Source of the DNA: Corynebacterium sp.
Lineage (GTDB): Bacteria; Actinomycetota; Actinomycetes; Mycobacteriales; Mycobacteriaceae
Assembly: GCF_030532195.1 (NCBI RefSeq)
Contig: NZ_JAUNLP010000006.1
Span: 121,211 to 185,210, forward strand
Direction: 5' to 3'
Length of the DNA stretch: 64,000 nt
Below the pieces are notes generated by a model. It was not told where the DNA came from and searched no databases. It saw only the letters and a list, made by a program, of their open reading frames with translations. Of this stretch, positions 37,639 through 47,856 are shown one piece after another. The translations under genes were made by a program, and so were the position numbers. Within the stretch, counting starts at the first letter, position 1; each line of letters begins with the position of its first letter.

Positions 37639-40077
37639 TTACGCCGTTGCGCTCGAGTTCTCAGCGGATTCATCCACTGAGCTCCTCTTGCGAATCCACC
37701 ACAGCGCTTCCACAATGGCAGCACCGACTGCACCAACAATCACCGCTGGAATAAGCAGACTTGGCCCAACCCAGTGCAGATACAGCACCGAGGCCACCGG
37801 GCGAACCGTAAAGATAACCACGTAGGCACCAGCGGAGACCGCCAGCAGCAATACTTTCCACCATGTGTACGGCCGCGCCACAACCACCAATACCCAAAAA
37901 GCCGAGATAATCAGCACAATGAGTGTGGCCGTGGACGCTTCCCCGCGGGCTGCATCGCTGGCGTCGACTCCGGGGTTAGCCCAGATCCAAAACAGGAATG
38001 TCAGCAGCCCCACCGTAATGCCGGCGGGCACCGATAGCCGCAGCACGCGTCGCACAAAGCCCTCCCGCGCCCGCTCCAGATTTGGCCCCAGAGAAAGCAC
38101 AAAGGCCGGAATACCGATAGTGAACCAACCGGTCACCGTCACGTGGATGGGCTCGAAGGGATAGTCCATGGCGGCTAGCCCCACCGCCAGCGCCAAGACC
38201 ACTGAATAGATGGTCTTAGTTAAGAAGAGATTGGCCACCCGCTCGATACTGCCAATGACGCGGCGGCCTTCAGCCACGATGTGCGGCATCACGGAAAAGT
38301 GGTTATCAAGCAGCACCAACTGTGCGACCGACCGCGTGGCTGGAGCGCCGTCGCCCATTGCCACACCGAGGTTTGCGGCCTTTAACGCCAGGACATCATT
38401 GACGCCATCGCCAGTCATCGCCACATGATGCCCGCGCGACTGCAGTGCATGGACCATGTCACGCTTGGTCTCTGCCGTCACGCGACCGAAAATCTGCCGA
38501 GACTCAATCGCCTCAGCAAACTCATCGCGAATCTCCCCACCTTCCTCGTCGCGGCTGACCGGCAACGTGGAGGCATCAATGGGATCGTCCGCGCCCTTCA
38601 TATTCAGTTCGCGAGCCACCGCACCGACCGAGCGATCATTGTCACCGGAGATAACTTTGACGCCGACGCCCTCGTCGTAGAAGTAGGCCACGGTATCGGC
38701 CGCATCGGAGCGCACCTTCTGACCCAGCACAACCAGTGCCGCAGGCTTCAAGTTCACCGAGTCCGCCTTACGGAGTGCGCCACCTGGCAGGTCATCTGCA
38801 TCCCTGTCAGTTCGTGCCAACAACAGCACGCGCATTCCGCCCTCCATGAGCTGCTGAGCACGCTGCATGCCGGCGGCGGAGTCGTCGGCAAGCACATCAG
38901 GTGCGCCGAAAACCCACGTCTCGCCGTCCTGATAGCTCAGCGCCGACCACTTATTGGCGGAGGTAAAAGGACGGGTAGCTGACTTCGTGCGCGACTCGCC
39001 GGTATCGGACTCTTTGAGCCCGCCAAGGATGGCACGCGCAGTGGCGTTGGGGCGTTCATCGAGTCGGCAGAGGTCCAGCAGCGCAGCGTCGATATTGGCG
39101 CGCGAAACCCCATCGTCAACCACGTCAATTTCTTCCAGCACCATTGCGTTTTCGGTGAGCGTGCCGGTTTTATCCACGCACACGGTGTCCACGCGCGCGA
39201 GACCTTCAATTGCGGGCAGCTCGTTGACCAGCACATTGTGCCGTCCAAGGCGGACGACACCGAGCGCAAATGCAATGGTGGTCATCAGCACAAGCCCCTC
39301 GGGAACCATGGGCACCAAGGTGGCGACCATCGCCAGCAGAGCATCGTTGAGATCATCGCCAGCGACAAAGAGCTGCGTATAAATTGCCAGCGCACCGACT
39401 GGAATCAGAATCCACGTGATGTAGCTGAGGATCTTGTTGATTCCGCGGAAGAGCTGCGAATCCGTCAGCGTGAATTTATTGGCCTCAGCCGCCAATTTCG
39501 CGGCGTAGGCATCCTTGCCAACCTTCGTCGCCTGGTACCGCGCAGACCCCATCACCACCGACGATCCGGAGTAAACCATGTCTCCGACCTGCTTATCGAC
39601 GGGGTCCGATTCACCGGTCAGCGAGGATTCATCAACGGACACATCGGATGCATAGCGAAGCACACCATCGACCACAATCTGGTCACCGGGACCGACTTCA
39701 ATGAGGTCATCGAGCACTACGGATTCGCGGTCGATAGCGCTCGCGGGTTGCCCATCGCGAATGACCATGGGCTTGGCGCGTCCCAGGATGGAGAGTTTGT
39801 CCAGCGTGTGCTTGGCACGCAGCTCCTGGATGATGCCGACAATCGAGTTGGCGATAATCAGTAGGCCGAAAGCACCATTGACAATTGAGCCGGTGTAGAC
39901 CACAACGCCGAATAAGACGGCGAGGATTCCGTTGATACGCGTGAATACATTGGCGCGGATAATGTCCCACACACTGCGCCCTGAGGTTGGCGGGAGCTCA
40001 TTGACCAGCCCCTCTTTGGTGCGCTGCTGAACTTGTTGCTGTGTAAGACCGCTGTCGGGGGTTTCCCACGAACCCAT
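37639..40077 (-). CDS. Cation-translocating P-type ATPase (P2-like, CtpE-like architecture)
   Basis: DKTGTLTEN phosphorylation motif, the PEGL transmembrane motif, the MTGDGVNDVLALKAANLGVAMG hinge and about 10 TM helices. Confidence 0.9.
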   Translation of the reverse strand: MGSWETPDSGLTQQQVQQRTKEGLVNELPPTSGRSVWDIIRANVFTRINGILAVLFGVVVYTGSIVNGAFGLLIIANSIVGIIQELRAKHTLDKLSILGRAKPMVIRDGQPASAIDRESVVLDDLIEVGPGDQIVVDGVLRYASDVSVDESSLTGESDPVDKQVGDMVYSGSSVVMGSARYQATKVGKDAYAAKLAAEANKFTLTDSQLFRGINKILSYITWILIPVGALAIYTQLFVAGDDLNDALLAMVATLVPMVPEGLVLMTTIAFALGVVRLGRHNVLVNELPAIEGLARVDTVCVDKTGTLTENAMVLEEIDVVDDGVSRANIDAALLDLCRLDERPNATARAILGGLKESDTGESRTKSATRPFTSANKWSALSYQDGETWVFGAPDVLADDSAAGMQRAQQLMEGGMRVLLLARTDRDADDLPGGALRKADSVNLKPAALVVLGQKVRSDAADTVAYFYDEGVGVKVISGDNDRSVGAVARELNMKGADDPIDASTLPVSRDEEGGEIRDEFAEAIESRQIFGRVTAETKRDMVHALQSRGHHVAMTGDGVNDVLALKAANLGVAMGDGAPATRSVAQLVLLDNHFSVMPHIVAEGRRVIGSIERVANLFLTKTIYSVVLALAVGLAAMDYPFEPIHVTVTGWFTIGIPAFVLSLGPNLERAREGFVRRVLRLSVPAGITVGLLTFLFWIWANPGVDASDAARGEASTATLIVLIISAFWVLVVVARPYTWWKVLLLAVSAGAYVVIFTVRPVASVLYLHWVGPSLLIPAVIVGAVGAAIVEALWWIRKRSSVDESAENSSATA

Positions 40078-40158
40078 GAAGGCTCCTGTTTCACGCTGCT
40101 ATCCCCGAGAATAATCTCAGGGCGTTTCCGGTAGCTCGCCGGCTGCCGAACCTAAAAA

Positions 40159-40911
40159 TTATTTGCCAATAAAGTTCGGCTCGCGCTTTTCCGCGCGTGC
40201 CTTCGATGCCTCAGCAGCATCCTCGGACGACCAGACCTGGTCATAAAGTGCCTGCTGATCTTCCTTCAGCGGCTTGTGCGTCTCATCGTCGTTGAGAACC
40301 GCCTTGTGGTAAGCCAGCGACAGTGGCGCATAGCTGGCAATACGGAGCGCGACCTCCTCAGCCTTATCCGCGTCACCTGTATAGGAGGCCAGGCCACACC
40401 GCTGTGCCTCGTCCTGGTCCATCCGCTCTGCAGCCAACAAAATGGTGCGGGCACGAGCGCCGCCGACCAGCACACGAACGCGGCGAATAGTCCAGGCATC
40501 CACGGCAATACCCAGCTTGACCGGCGGAATCATAAACCAGCCACGCTCACCGACCACACGCAGGTCGGCAGCCATGGCCAGCTGCATGCCGGCACCGATG
40601 GCCGGGCCCTGAATATCGGCAATCACAACCAGACGGCTGGTTTCAATAGTGCGCAGCATCCGACGCAGCTGCTCGTGGAATGAGCCCTCATTATGCTGAC
40701 CACTGAGGTCAGCACCGGCGCAAAAAGCGCGGCCCTCGCCGCGCAGGAGTACCACTCGTCGTTCCGGAACCTCGGCCGCAGCCTCAATCGCATCGGCAAT
40801 GTCGCGGCAGACATCGGCGGTCAGCGAGTTGCGCTTGTGGTCTCGGTCAATGGTGATAGTGACAATGGCGCCGTCAGCCTCGACGCGGATTTCAGATGCT
40901 GGGTTCGTCAT
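40159..40911 (-). CDS. Enoyl-CoA hydratase/isomerase (crotonase) family protein
   Basis: VVLLRGEGRAFCAGADL oxyanion-hole motif. 250 aa. Confidence 0.85.
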   Translation of the reverse strand: MTNPASEIRVEADGAIVTITIDRDHKRNSLTADVCRDIADAIEAAAEVPERRVVLLRGEGRAFCAGADLSGQHNEGSFHEQLRRMLRTIETSRLVVIADIQGPAIGAGMQLAMAADLRVVGERGWFMIPPVKLGIAVDAWTIRRVRVLVGGARARTILLAAERMDQDEAQRCGLASYTGDADKAEEVALRIASYAPLSLAYHKAVLNDDETHKPLKEDQQALYDQVWSSEDAAEASKARAEKREPNFIGK

Positions 40912-40976
40912 GTCTCTAGGCTACCCCGGGCGCCGACTGCGCACCGAGGTTATGACCGTACTTAAGGCCCCGTCAC

Positions 40977-41852
40977 TTACTCGTTGCCGAATACCCGCGG
41001 GTCACCACTCATACGGCCGTCGTCAAGCGCCATCGACGCGATCTTGTCCATGTCCGCGTCGGTCAGCTCGAAATCAGTGACCTCGAAGTTGGCCTTGATA
41101 CGAGACGGCGTCGCCGACTTCGGGATGGCGACAATGCCGCGCTGCAGATGCCAGCGAATAGCGACCTGAGCTGGGGTCTTGCCCAATCGCTCGGCGATGT
41201 CAGCAATCGGCGAGCCCTCGAAGTACTTCGCACGCCCCAGCGGGGACCATGCCTGCGTGACAATCCCGCGACGGCGGTCATCTTCAACCTGCTCGTTCTG
41301 CGGGAACTGCGGATGCAGCTCAATCTGGTTGACTACAGGCGTGCCGGAGAGCTGATCGAGCACCTCCGGGTAGAAATTCGCCACACCAACCGAGCGAATC
41401 AGCCCCTCTTCTTTCAACTCAAGCAGCGTGTCAAAGCACTGCCCAAACGTCCCCTGCTTCGCGACCGGCCAGTGCACAAGCACCAAATCAACGTAATCCA
41501 GGCCCAAGCGCTCGAGCGATGCCCGCACAGACTGACGGGTGGCGTCTGGTTCCTGTGCATCATTCCAGACCTTCGTGGTCACGAATACATCTTCACGCTT
41601 TACGACGTCCGCTGCGATGGCGTCGGCAATGCCCTGGCCAACGCCCTTTTCATTGCGGTAGAGCGAGGCGGTGTCAATGTGACGATAACCAACCTCGAGC
41701 GCATAGCGCACGGCTTCGCGAGCTTGATCATCATCCATCTTGTAAGTACCCAAACCCAGAATCGGGATGGAGTTGCCGTCGACGAGTTCGAGGTTCTTAA
41801 TTCCGGTGTCAGCTGCGTTGTATTTCAGGTCAGAAGTCGTCATACCTGCCAA
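40977..41852 (-). CDS. Aldo/keto reductase (2,5-diketo-D-gluconate reductase-like)
   Basis: GYRHIDTASLYRNE, LGLDYVDLVLVHWP and IPKSATPSRI motifs. Confidence 0.9.
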   Translation of the reverse strand: MAGMTTSDLKYNAADTGIKNLELVDGNSIPILGLGTYKMDDDQAREAVRYALEVGYRHIDTASLYRNEKGVGQGIADAIAADVVKREDVFVTTKVWNDAQEPDATRQSVRASLERLGLDYVDLVLVHWPVAKQGTFGQCFDTLLELKEEGLIRSVGVANFYPEVLDQLSGTPVVNQIELHPQFPQNEQVEDDRRRGIVTQAWSPLGRAKYFEGSPIADIAERLGKTPAQVAIRWHLQRGIVAIPKSATPSRIKANFEVTDFELTDADMDKIASMALDDGRMSGDPRVFGNE

Positions 41853-41991
41853 GTGTACGGACTGCTATTTAACTACGCATTTATTTTGTGCAGATTTTTC
41901 TCGCCCCGCTGACCTGCAAGAAAAAAAGTTATCACTGTTATTTTGTTGTGAGCCATTGACGAACCGTTGGGTTTATACAACACTTTGAAGT

Positions 41992-42261
41992 GTGTCCCCA
42001 AAGATTAGTCCCAAAGAGCCGATATACAACCGAGTCTCAGTGCTGCGGGCAGAGCACGGGCTCAGCCGAGCAGAACTAGCCAAAAAGGTTGAGGGCAATC
42101 CTCAAACGATTGGAGCGTTGGAGCGAGGCGATCATTACCCCAGCTTGGACCTGGCATTTCGCATCTGCGAGGTGTTTGACCTCCCAGTTGAGGCAGTGTT
42201 TTCTCGCCGCGAATTCACCCCTATGTCCTCCGCCCTGTACCGAAAGGAAAACGACCGATGA
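41992..42261 (+). CDS. XRE-family helix-turn-helix transcriptional regulator
   Basis: VLRAEHGLSRAELAKKVEGNPQTIGALERGDHYPSLDLAFRICEVFDLPVEAVF is the classic short Cro/C1 HTH. GTG start at 41992, TGA stop at 42259-42261. Confidence 0.8.
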   Translation: MSPKISPKEPIYNRVSVLRAEHGLSRAELAKKVEGNPQTIGALERGDHYPSLDLAFRICEVFDLPVEAVFSRREFTPMSSALYRKENDR

Positions 42262-42396
42262 GCGCTTTCGAAACCAACACACCCCCGCACCCGCAAAACT
42301 AAAGCTCAAGCCCGCCACGAGGCTCGGTACGCCAAGCGGCTGAAGCAGGTAGCCGGCAAGCTTCCCGGCTGGCGCAACCAGAAATCCCGCCGCAAG

Positions 42397-42825
42397 TTGG
42401 TGGTGGCATTTTACGTCCTGCTCGCGCTGATGTTCCTCAGCGGCATCGCACTGATCGGAAGCCTGAATGGCTTGCTGCCACGATGGATGTCGCTCGGCTG
42501 GATAATTTTCACCGTCCTGGCCGCCGTGCCATGGACAATGCTCAATACCACGGTCGACTTAATCGCCCAAGCGCCACTGAGCGCACTCGATGAATACGAG
42601 GCGGCACAGATTGAAAGCTGGAAGTCACTGACCTACCAGCTCTACAACATGCTGACAATGATTGTCTTTGCGGCACTAATCTTCCTGGGCACCTACCTTC
42701 TCGTGAACGAACCATCGTGGAGCTACATGGTTCCCTATGCCGCCGGTCTTCTTGGCATCATCGTCTACCTCGCGCTGAGCACCTTGCCTACCACGGCCTA
42801 CGCCTGGAACCTGGAAGACGAATAA
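42397..42825 (+). CDS. Four-TM membrane protein partner of the XRE regulator; the 5' end is unresolved
   Basis: The track ORF starts at TTG 42397 without an RBS. The same frame is open back to the XRE stop codon. An ATG at 42258 (ATGA overlap) is out of frame by one nt across the C5 run at 42282-42286. Confidence 0.55.
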   Translation: MVVAFYVLLALMFLSGIALIGSLNGLLPRWMSLGWIIFTVLAAVPWTMLNTTVDLIAQAPLSALDEYEAAQIESWKSLTYQLYNMLTMIVFAALIFLGTYLLVNEPSWSYMVPYAAGLLGIIVYLALSTLPTTAYAWNLEDE

Positions 42826-42873
42826 AAACTCCCCCCCTCCCCTTTTGCACGCACCTTCGACGTAAGGACCACC

Positions 42874-43779
42874 ATGAACAGCCTCATCATTGACGGGCTC
42901 GAGAAATCCTACGGAGACCTACATGTTCTCCGTGGCATGAGCTTTCAAGTCAACCCTGGCGAAATCTACGGTTTCGTCGGCGCCAACGGCGCTGGCAAAA
43001 CCACCACCATGCGCATCGCTCTCGGAGTGCTCGCCACCGATGCCGGCGAAGTGCGCATCGGCGACACTCCAATGAACGACACTCTGCGCCGCACCGTTGG
43101 CTACATGCCGGAAGAACGCGGCCTCTACCCCAAGTCCGAAGTCCGCCAGCAGCTGATTTACTTCGCCCGCTTGCACGGCGTGGACACCAAACGCGCTGAG
43201 AACAATGCCGACAACCTACTGGAGCGCCTCGGTCTTACAGACCGCGCCTACGACAAAGTCGACACACTCTCCCTCGGTAATCAGCAGCGTGTACAGCTCG
43301 CAGCCGCCCTCATCCACGATCCCGCAGTGCTCGTTCTCGATGAGCCCTTCTCCGGCCTCGACCCGCTGGCCGTCAAAGTCATGAGTGCCGTGCTCAAGGA
43401 GTACGCCGACCGCGGCGCTCCAATTGTCTTTTCCTCCCATCAGCTCGACCTCGTTGAGCGGCTCTGCGATCGCGTGGGCATCATCCGCGACGGCCGCATG
43501 CTCGTAGAGGGCACCGTTGATGAACTGCGGTCGCGTGGCCCACGGGCTTTCGTCGTCAAGCTCGACGGCGCTGACCCGAATTGGGCGGCCGGCGTACCCG
43601 GCGTCGTGAACGTTGAGCCGGACCGTCATGGCGCGTCGGTCGTTCACCTTGAACACAATGCCCCGACCGATACCGACCAGGTGCTGCTGCATCGTGCGAT
43701 GTCAGCCGGCACCCTACGTTCCTTTGCACCACTGCAGATTCCGCTTACTGAGCTCTACCAGGAGGCAGTCCAGTCATGA
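42874..43779 (+). CDS. ABC transporter ATP-binding protein (ABC-2/NatA-like exporter type)
   Basis: Walker A GANGAGKTT, signature LSLGNQQRV and Walker B LVLDEPFSGLD. Confidence 0.9.
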   Translation: MNSLIIDGLEKSYGDLHVLRGMSFQVNPGEIYGFVGANGAGKTTTMRIALGVLATDAGEVRIGDTPMNDTLRRTVGYMPEERGLYPKSEVRQQLIYFARLHGVDTKRAENNADNLLERLGLTDRAYDKVDTLSLGNQQRVQLAAALIHDPAVLVLDEPFSGLDPLAVKVMSAVLKEYADRGAPIVFSSHQLDLVERLCDRVGIIRDGRMLVEGTVDELRSRGPRAFVVKLDGADPNWAAGVPGVVNVEPDRHGASVVHLEHNAPTDTDQVLLHRAMSAGTLRSFAPLQIPLTELYQEAVQS

Positions 43780-45023
43780 GCAACAACTACAACGCATCGA
43801 CGGCCATTTCGACTGTCTTCGCACGCGAACTCCGCGAGAACCTGCTGAAGAAAAGCACGCTGATTACGCTGGCGATGATGGTGATTATCACCGTCGGCGG
43901 CATCATCGCCACTGATTACTTCACCAGCAAATCAGAAACTGAGACCACCAAAATCGCGGTTGTCGGCGAGGCGCCGTTTGCCACTGCGCTCAGCGACACC
44001 ACCAAACAGCTAAAGGACGCCTCAGATGCGGAAGGCAGTGCTTTCGCCGGCGCCGGCATCTCGCCACTGGAAATCACCGCTGCGAAGGACGAAGCGGCCG
44101 CCCGCCACGCCGTCACCGAAGGCGACGCGGATGCAGCGCTCGTCCCCGCCAAAGAGGACGGCTCCTGGCGTTTGCTTGACGACGACGCCCCTTCCTGGTT
44201 AGCCCCCATGCTGCAGGAATCCCTGCAGAAACAAACTGAAGCCCAAGTGCTCGGTGAGCACGGCATCAACCCGCAGGAGTTCTACGCCCAATCCGAGGCT
44301 GCGACCATCTCGGTGGAATCGATTACCGGCATGGCAGATGAAAAGATGCCAGCCATTGTCATCACCTTGGTCGGTGTCATGATTATGATCACCGCGATTC
44401 TGGTGTTCGGTGCTGCCGTGGCCATCAGCGTGATTGAGGAAAAGTCCTCCCGCGTCATCGAAATTATCCTGTCGACGGTGCGCCCCCTGCACCTTCTCAC
44501 CGGCAAGATTCTCGGTGCCGCAACTGCTGGCCTGGTCATGATGGGCGTCATCGTGGCAAGCTCCGCCATCGCGCTGGCAGCCACCGGTTTGAGCGACAAC
44601 TTTGACATCCCGTGGTCGACAATCTGGCTGCTCATCCCCTGCTTTATCCTCGGCTACTTCTTCTTCGCGACGCTCTACGCGGCCTCGGCATCCCTGGTCA
44701 GTCGAATGGAAGATTTCCAGGGCGCACAGATGCCAGTGATGCTGCTGTCACTGATCTCGATGTACGTGCCGCTATTTGGCTGGGCAAAGCTCGATTCCAC
44801 CTTCATGGTGGTTGCCGCTTGGATTCCGCCAATATCTATTACCACCGCCCCGATGCAGTACGCGGCCGGTAACTTCTCTGGTCTGCAGCTATTCGGCGCA
44901 CTGACTGTCATGGCTCTCGGCGTCGCAGCCGTTATCTGGCTCGCAGCCTGGATTTACCCACGCAATGTCCTACGCACCGGTGCCGCAATTAGCTGGAAGA
45001 GCGCCCTGACGGCAAAGAACTAG
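43776..45023 (+). CDS. ABC-2 family transporter permease (NatB-like)
   Basis: ATGA overlap with the ATPase gene. One N-terminal TM helix, a large extracytoplasmic loop, then about 5 C-terminal TM helices. Confidence 0.75.
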   Translation: MSNNYNASTAISTVFARELRENLLKKSTLITLAMMVIITVGGIIATDYFTSKSETETTKIAVVGEAPFATALSDTTKQLKDASDAEGSAFAGAGISPLEITAAKDEAAARHAVTEGDADAALVPAKEDGSWRLLDDDAPSWLAPMLQESLQKQTEAQVLGEHGINPQEFYAQSEAATISVESITGMADEKMPAIVITLVGVMIMITAILVFGAAVAISVIEEKSSRVIEIILSTVRPLHLLTGKILGAATAGLVMMGVIVASSAIALAATGLSDNFDIPWSTIWLLIPCFILGYFFFATLYAASASLVSRMEDFQGAQMPVMLLSLISMYVPLFGWAKLDSTFMVVAAWIPPISITTAPMQYAAGNFSGLQLFGALTVMALGVAAVIWLAAWIYPRNVLRTGAAISWKSALTAKN

Positions 45024-45049
45024 TCGCGCAGCGCTCTTGCAACCTGCTT

Positions 45050-46057
45050 TTAGCGGTGTGCAGCAAACTGCGCGATTTCTTCTGCTGTGCCATAGGAGGT
45101 CTGCGCGCCCACACCAGTTGCGGCATACGCAGACACCGTGGCCGCCAGCTCTGCGGCCACGGTGGCATCCTCACCAGCAGCCAGCGCGGTGAGTACCGTG
45201 CCCATATAGGAGTCACCGCAGCCGGTGGTATCCACCACATCAATTTCCCAAGCCATAATGCGCGTGACGGTAACCGGCAACTCAGCCATGTTCAGCACAA
45301 CTGACCCCTCCCCACCGAGGGTGACAATAGCCGTGGAGATTCCGTACTCCTTAACCAGGGCGCGTCCGACAACCTCCCACTGACCTCGGTCGAACCCGGC
45401 TTCAGCAATGGATTTGCCAACAATCGCAGCCAGCTCATGCTCATTGACAATGAGCACATCCACCAGCCCAAAAATCTCCCTGTCAACGTCCCGAATCGGC
45501 GAGTAATTAAACACCACCGGAACCTCTGCCTCCTGAGCAATGCGCGCCGCGGTCAAAACAGCTTCATCGCCAACCTCGAGGCAGAGCCCAAGGCAATCCG
45601 CAGTCTGAATTGCACTTGCATGCTTCTCGACGAGCGCAGCGTCAACCTGCGCATTCGCACCAGCAGAGATGACAATGAAGTTCTCAGCCGAATCATCCAC
45701 GACAATCATGGCCGTGCCAGTGGCAGAATCCACCTGTTCCACTGCGGTGGTGTCCACCGAAGCGTCGTCAAGCGCGTCGAGCAACAGCGCGCCATTGCCG
45801 TCATCGCCGACAGCGCCGATGAGCTGTGTCTTGGCACCCAGCCGCGCGGCCGTGGCAGCCTGATTCGCGGACTTCCCACCGGGCAGAATGCGCAGTGGGC
45901 TGCCCGCGATAGTCTCACCGCCGTGCGGCAGGCGGTGCACCATGACTGTGAGATCGGCATTAATGGACCCGACAACGCACACATTTGGGTTGTGGTCGGC
46001 CAGCGTGATGAGCCGGTCTGAGATTGTCACTTTATAAAGTCGCCTCCTCGGTCGCAC
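45050..46057 (-). CDS. rbsK: Ribokinase (PfkB family)
   Basis: VCVVGSINADL...PGGKSANQAATAARLG...DTTGCGDSYMGTV motifs. The start is either GTG 46057 or GTG 46030. Confidence 0.83.
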   Translation of the reverse strand: MRPRRRLYKVTISDRLITLADHNPNVCVVGSINADLTVMVHRLPHGGETIAGSPLRILPGGKSANQAATAARLGAKTQLIGAVGDDGNGALLLDALDDASVDTTAVEQVDSATGTAMIVVDDSAENFIVISAGANAQVDAALVEKHASAIQTADCLGLCLEVGDEAVLTAARIAQEAEVPVVFNYSPIRDVDREIFGLVDVLIVNEHELAAIVGKSIAEAGFDRGQWEVVGRALVKEYGISTAIVTLGGEGSVVLNMAELPVTVTRIMAWEIDVVDTTGCGDSYMGTVLTALAAGEDATVAAELAATVSAYAATGVGAQTSYGTAEEIAQFAAHR

Positions 46058-46243
46058 ACCGTATTAACTGTGCACTTTACGACTATTTCGCCCGACGGTA
46101 TTTGCGAACCATCGTGCCATGTCTGCGCACTACCACGCCAGCACCAACCGCACACTCGCCCGCTGCCGGCATGTTAACGGTGCTACCCCTGCTCACCCAC
46201 CTATAACTAAGCCGAGGTGCCCCTTGTTTACTACCTTGTATAT

Positions 46244-47725
46244 ATGGCTAGAATCAGCGCCCAGCAAGTTATAGATACGGTCCTGGACCACGGCAGTTTT
46301 GTCTCGTGGGACAGCGCCCCAGAACACGGAGATATCGACGAGTCCTACCGCGGCACACTTTCCCGCGCCACCGAGAAGACCGGTGTCGATGAGGCCGTCA
46401 TCACCGGTGAAGGCACCGTCGGCGGCCGTCGCGTAGCCGTCATCTGCTCCGAGTTCGGCTTCCTCGGCGGCTCCATCGGCGCGGCCACAGCTCGCCGCAT
46501 TATTCGCAGCATCGAGCGTGCCACGGCGGAGAAACTGCCGCTGCTGCTCTCCCCAACTTCCGGCGGCACACGCATGCAAGAAGGCACCGCTGCGTTTGCT
46601 CTGATGATTTCGATTACCACCGCAGTTGCACGTCACAAGGACTCGCACTTGCCATTCCTTGTCTACCTGCGCAATCCCACCACCGGTGGCGTCATGGCGT
46701 CGTGGGGCTCGGCCGGTCACTTCACGTTCGCCGAGCCGGGCGCGCTCCTCGGCTTCCTCGGCCCACGCGTAGTCGAGCTCGCCACCGGCGAGCCCATGCC
46801 GGAGGGCGTACAAACCTCCGAGAACCTGTTCAAGCAAGGCATCATCGACGGCATCATTCCGCTCGAGGGGCTGCGCGGCGCCGTCCGCCGCACCATCGAC
46901 GTGCTTGCCGACGGATCTACCAGCGAGCCCACTCCACCGCCAATGGCAACCATCGATGGTCGCGATACATGGGAAGCAATTCTGCGTACCCGCGACTCCT
47001 CGCGGCCAGGTGGCGGCGACATTATTGATGCCCTCGTCGACTGCTCCGTGCCAATCTCCGGCACCGGCGACGGCCACAAGTCGCTGTCCGTTCGCGCCCG
47101 CCTGGCCCGAATTGGTGAGCGTCCGGTCATCCTCATTGCCCAGGACCGCCACAACCAGCCACCACTGGGTACTCACCCAATGGGCCCGGGTTCCCTGCGC
47201 TTTGCCCGTCGCGCGATGCGCATCGCCGAGAGCCTGAATATTCCGCTGGTCACCGTGATTGATACCCCTGGCGCCGAGCTGACCAAGGACGCTGAGGAAA
47301 ACGCCATGGCCGGCGAGATTGCTCGCACGTTGACCATGCTGGTCAATTTGAAGGTGCCTACTGTGTCGCTGATTCTCGGCCAGGGCTGCGGCGGTGGCGC
47401 ACTGGCGATGCTACCGGCTGACCGCGTACTGGCCATGCACGATGCCTGGATGTCGCCGCTGCCACCAGAGGGCGCTTCGGCAATCATCTACCGCGACACC
47501 GAGCATGCTCCTGAAATGATGGAAGAGCAGGGTGTCGGAGCCGAGGCAATGCTGAAAAACGGCGTAATTGACGCAATTGTAGCCGAGCCGGAGAATCCGG
47601 CTGACCTGACCGAACGTGCCCTGGTTGCAATTGAGCACGCGCTGTGGGAGCTGGAGAAGGATCCTGCTCGCGTTGGCCGTGAGCAGCGGTTCGACCACTA
47701 CCGCCACTTCGCCCTCGGTGAGTAG
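46244..47725 (+). CDS. accDA: Fused acetyl-CoA carboxylase carboxyltransferase (beta-alpha in one polypeptide)
   Basis: The N-terminal half resembles AccD (GGSIGAATARRI...SGGTRMQEG). The C-terminal half resembles AccA (IPLVTVIDTPGAEL...GQGCGGGALAM). I chose the start at ATG 46244. The symbol follows the C. glutamicum gene next to fkpA/gltA as I recall it. Confidence 0.82.
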   Translation: MARISAQQVIDTVLDHGSFVSWDSAPEHGDIDESYRGTLSRATEKTGVDEAVITGEGTVGGRRVAVICSEFGFLGGSIGAATARRIIRSIERATAEKLPLLLSPTSGGTRMQEGTAAFALMISITTAVARHKDSHLPFLVYLRNPTTGGVMASWGSAGHFTFAEPGALLGFLGPRVVELATGEPMPEGVQTSENLFKQGIIDGIIPLEGLRGAVRRTIDVLADGSTSEPTPPPMATIDGRDTWEAILRTRDSSRPGGGDIIDALVDCSVPISGTGDGHKSLSVRARLARIGERPVILIAQDRHNQPPLGTHPMGPGSLRFARRAMRIAESLNIPLVTVIDTPGAELTKDAEENAMAGEIARTLTMLVNLKVPTVSLILGQGCGGGALAMLPADRVLAMHDAWMSPLPPEGASAIIYRDTEHAPEMMEEQGVGAEAMLKNGVIDAIVAEPENPADLTERALVAIEHALWELEKDPARVGREQRFDHYRHFALGE

Positions 47726-47856
47726 TTCAGCGATTAGGTAGGCCCCGGGGGCTCCAGGATTGGGGCTCCAGGAACTTCCGGCACTTTCTTTACGCTATGT
47801 TGCGCTTTCTCCCATCAGCGAAAAGGACATACCGCTGTCGGGAGCTTCGACTGCTT

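Noticed and set aside
41597-41607. 11-mer CGTCGTAAAGC inside the aldo-keto reductase gene, and a 10/12 match at about 19370-19381 in accD1
   Set aside because: Both lie in frame within conserved coding sequence (ADVVKRE and TPYDVHE). They are most simply explained by codon choice, so I did not count them as repeat copies, although the first is statistically surprising.
47748-47773. GGGGCTCCAGGA duplicated with 14-bp phasing between accDA and fkpA
   Set aside because: It has only two copies, sits in a convergent 3' spacer, and has no associated structure or neighbouring feature. It is probably a trivial slippage duplication.
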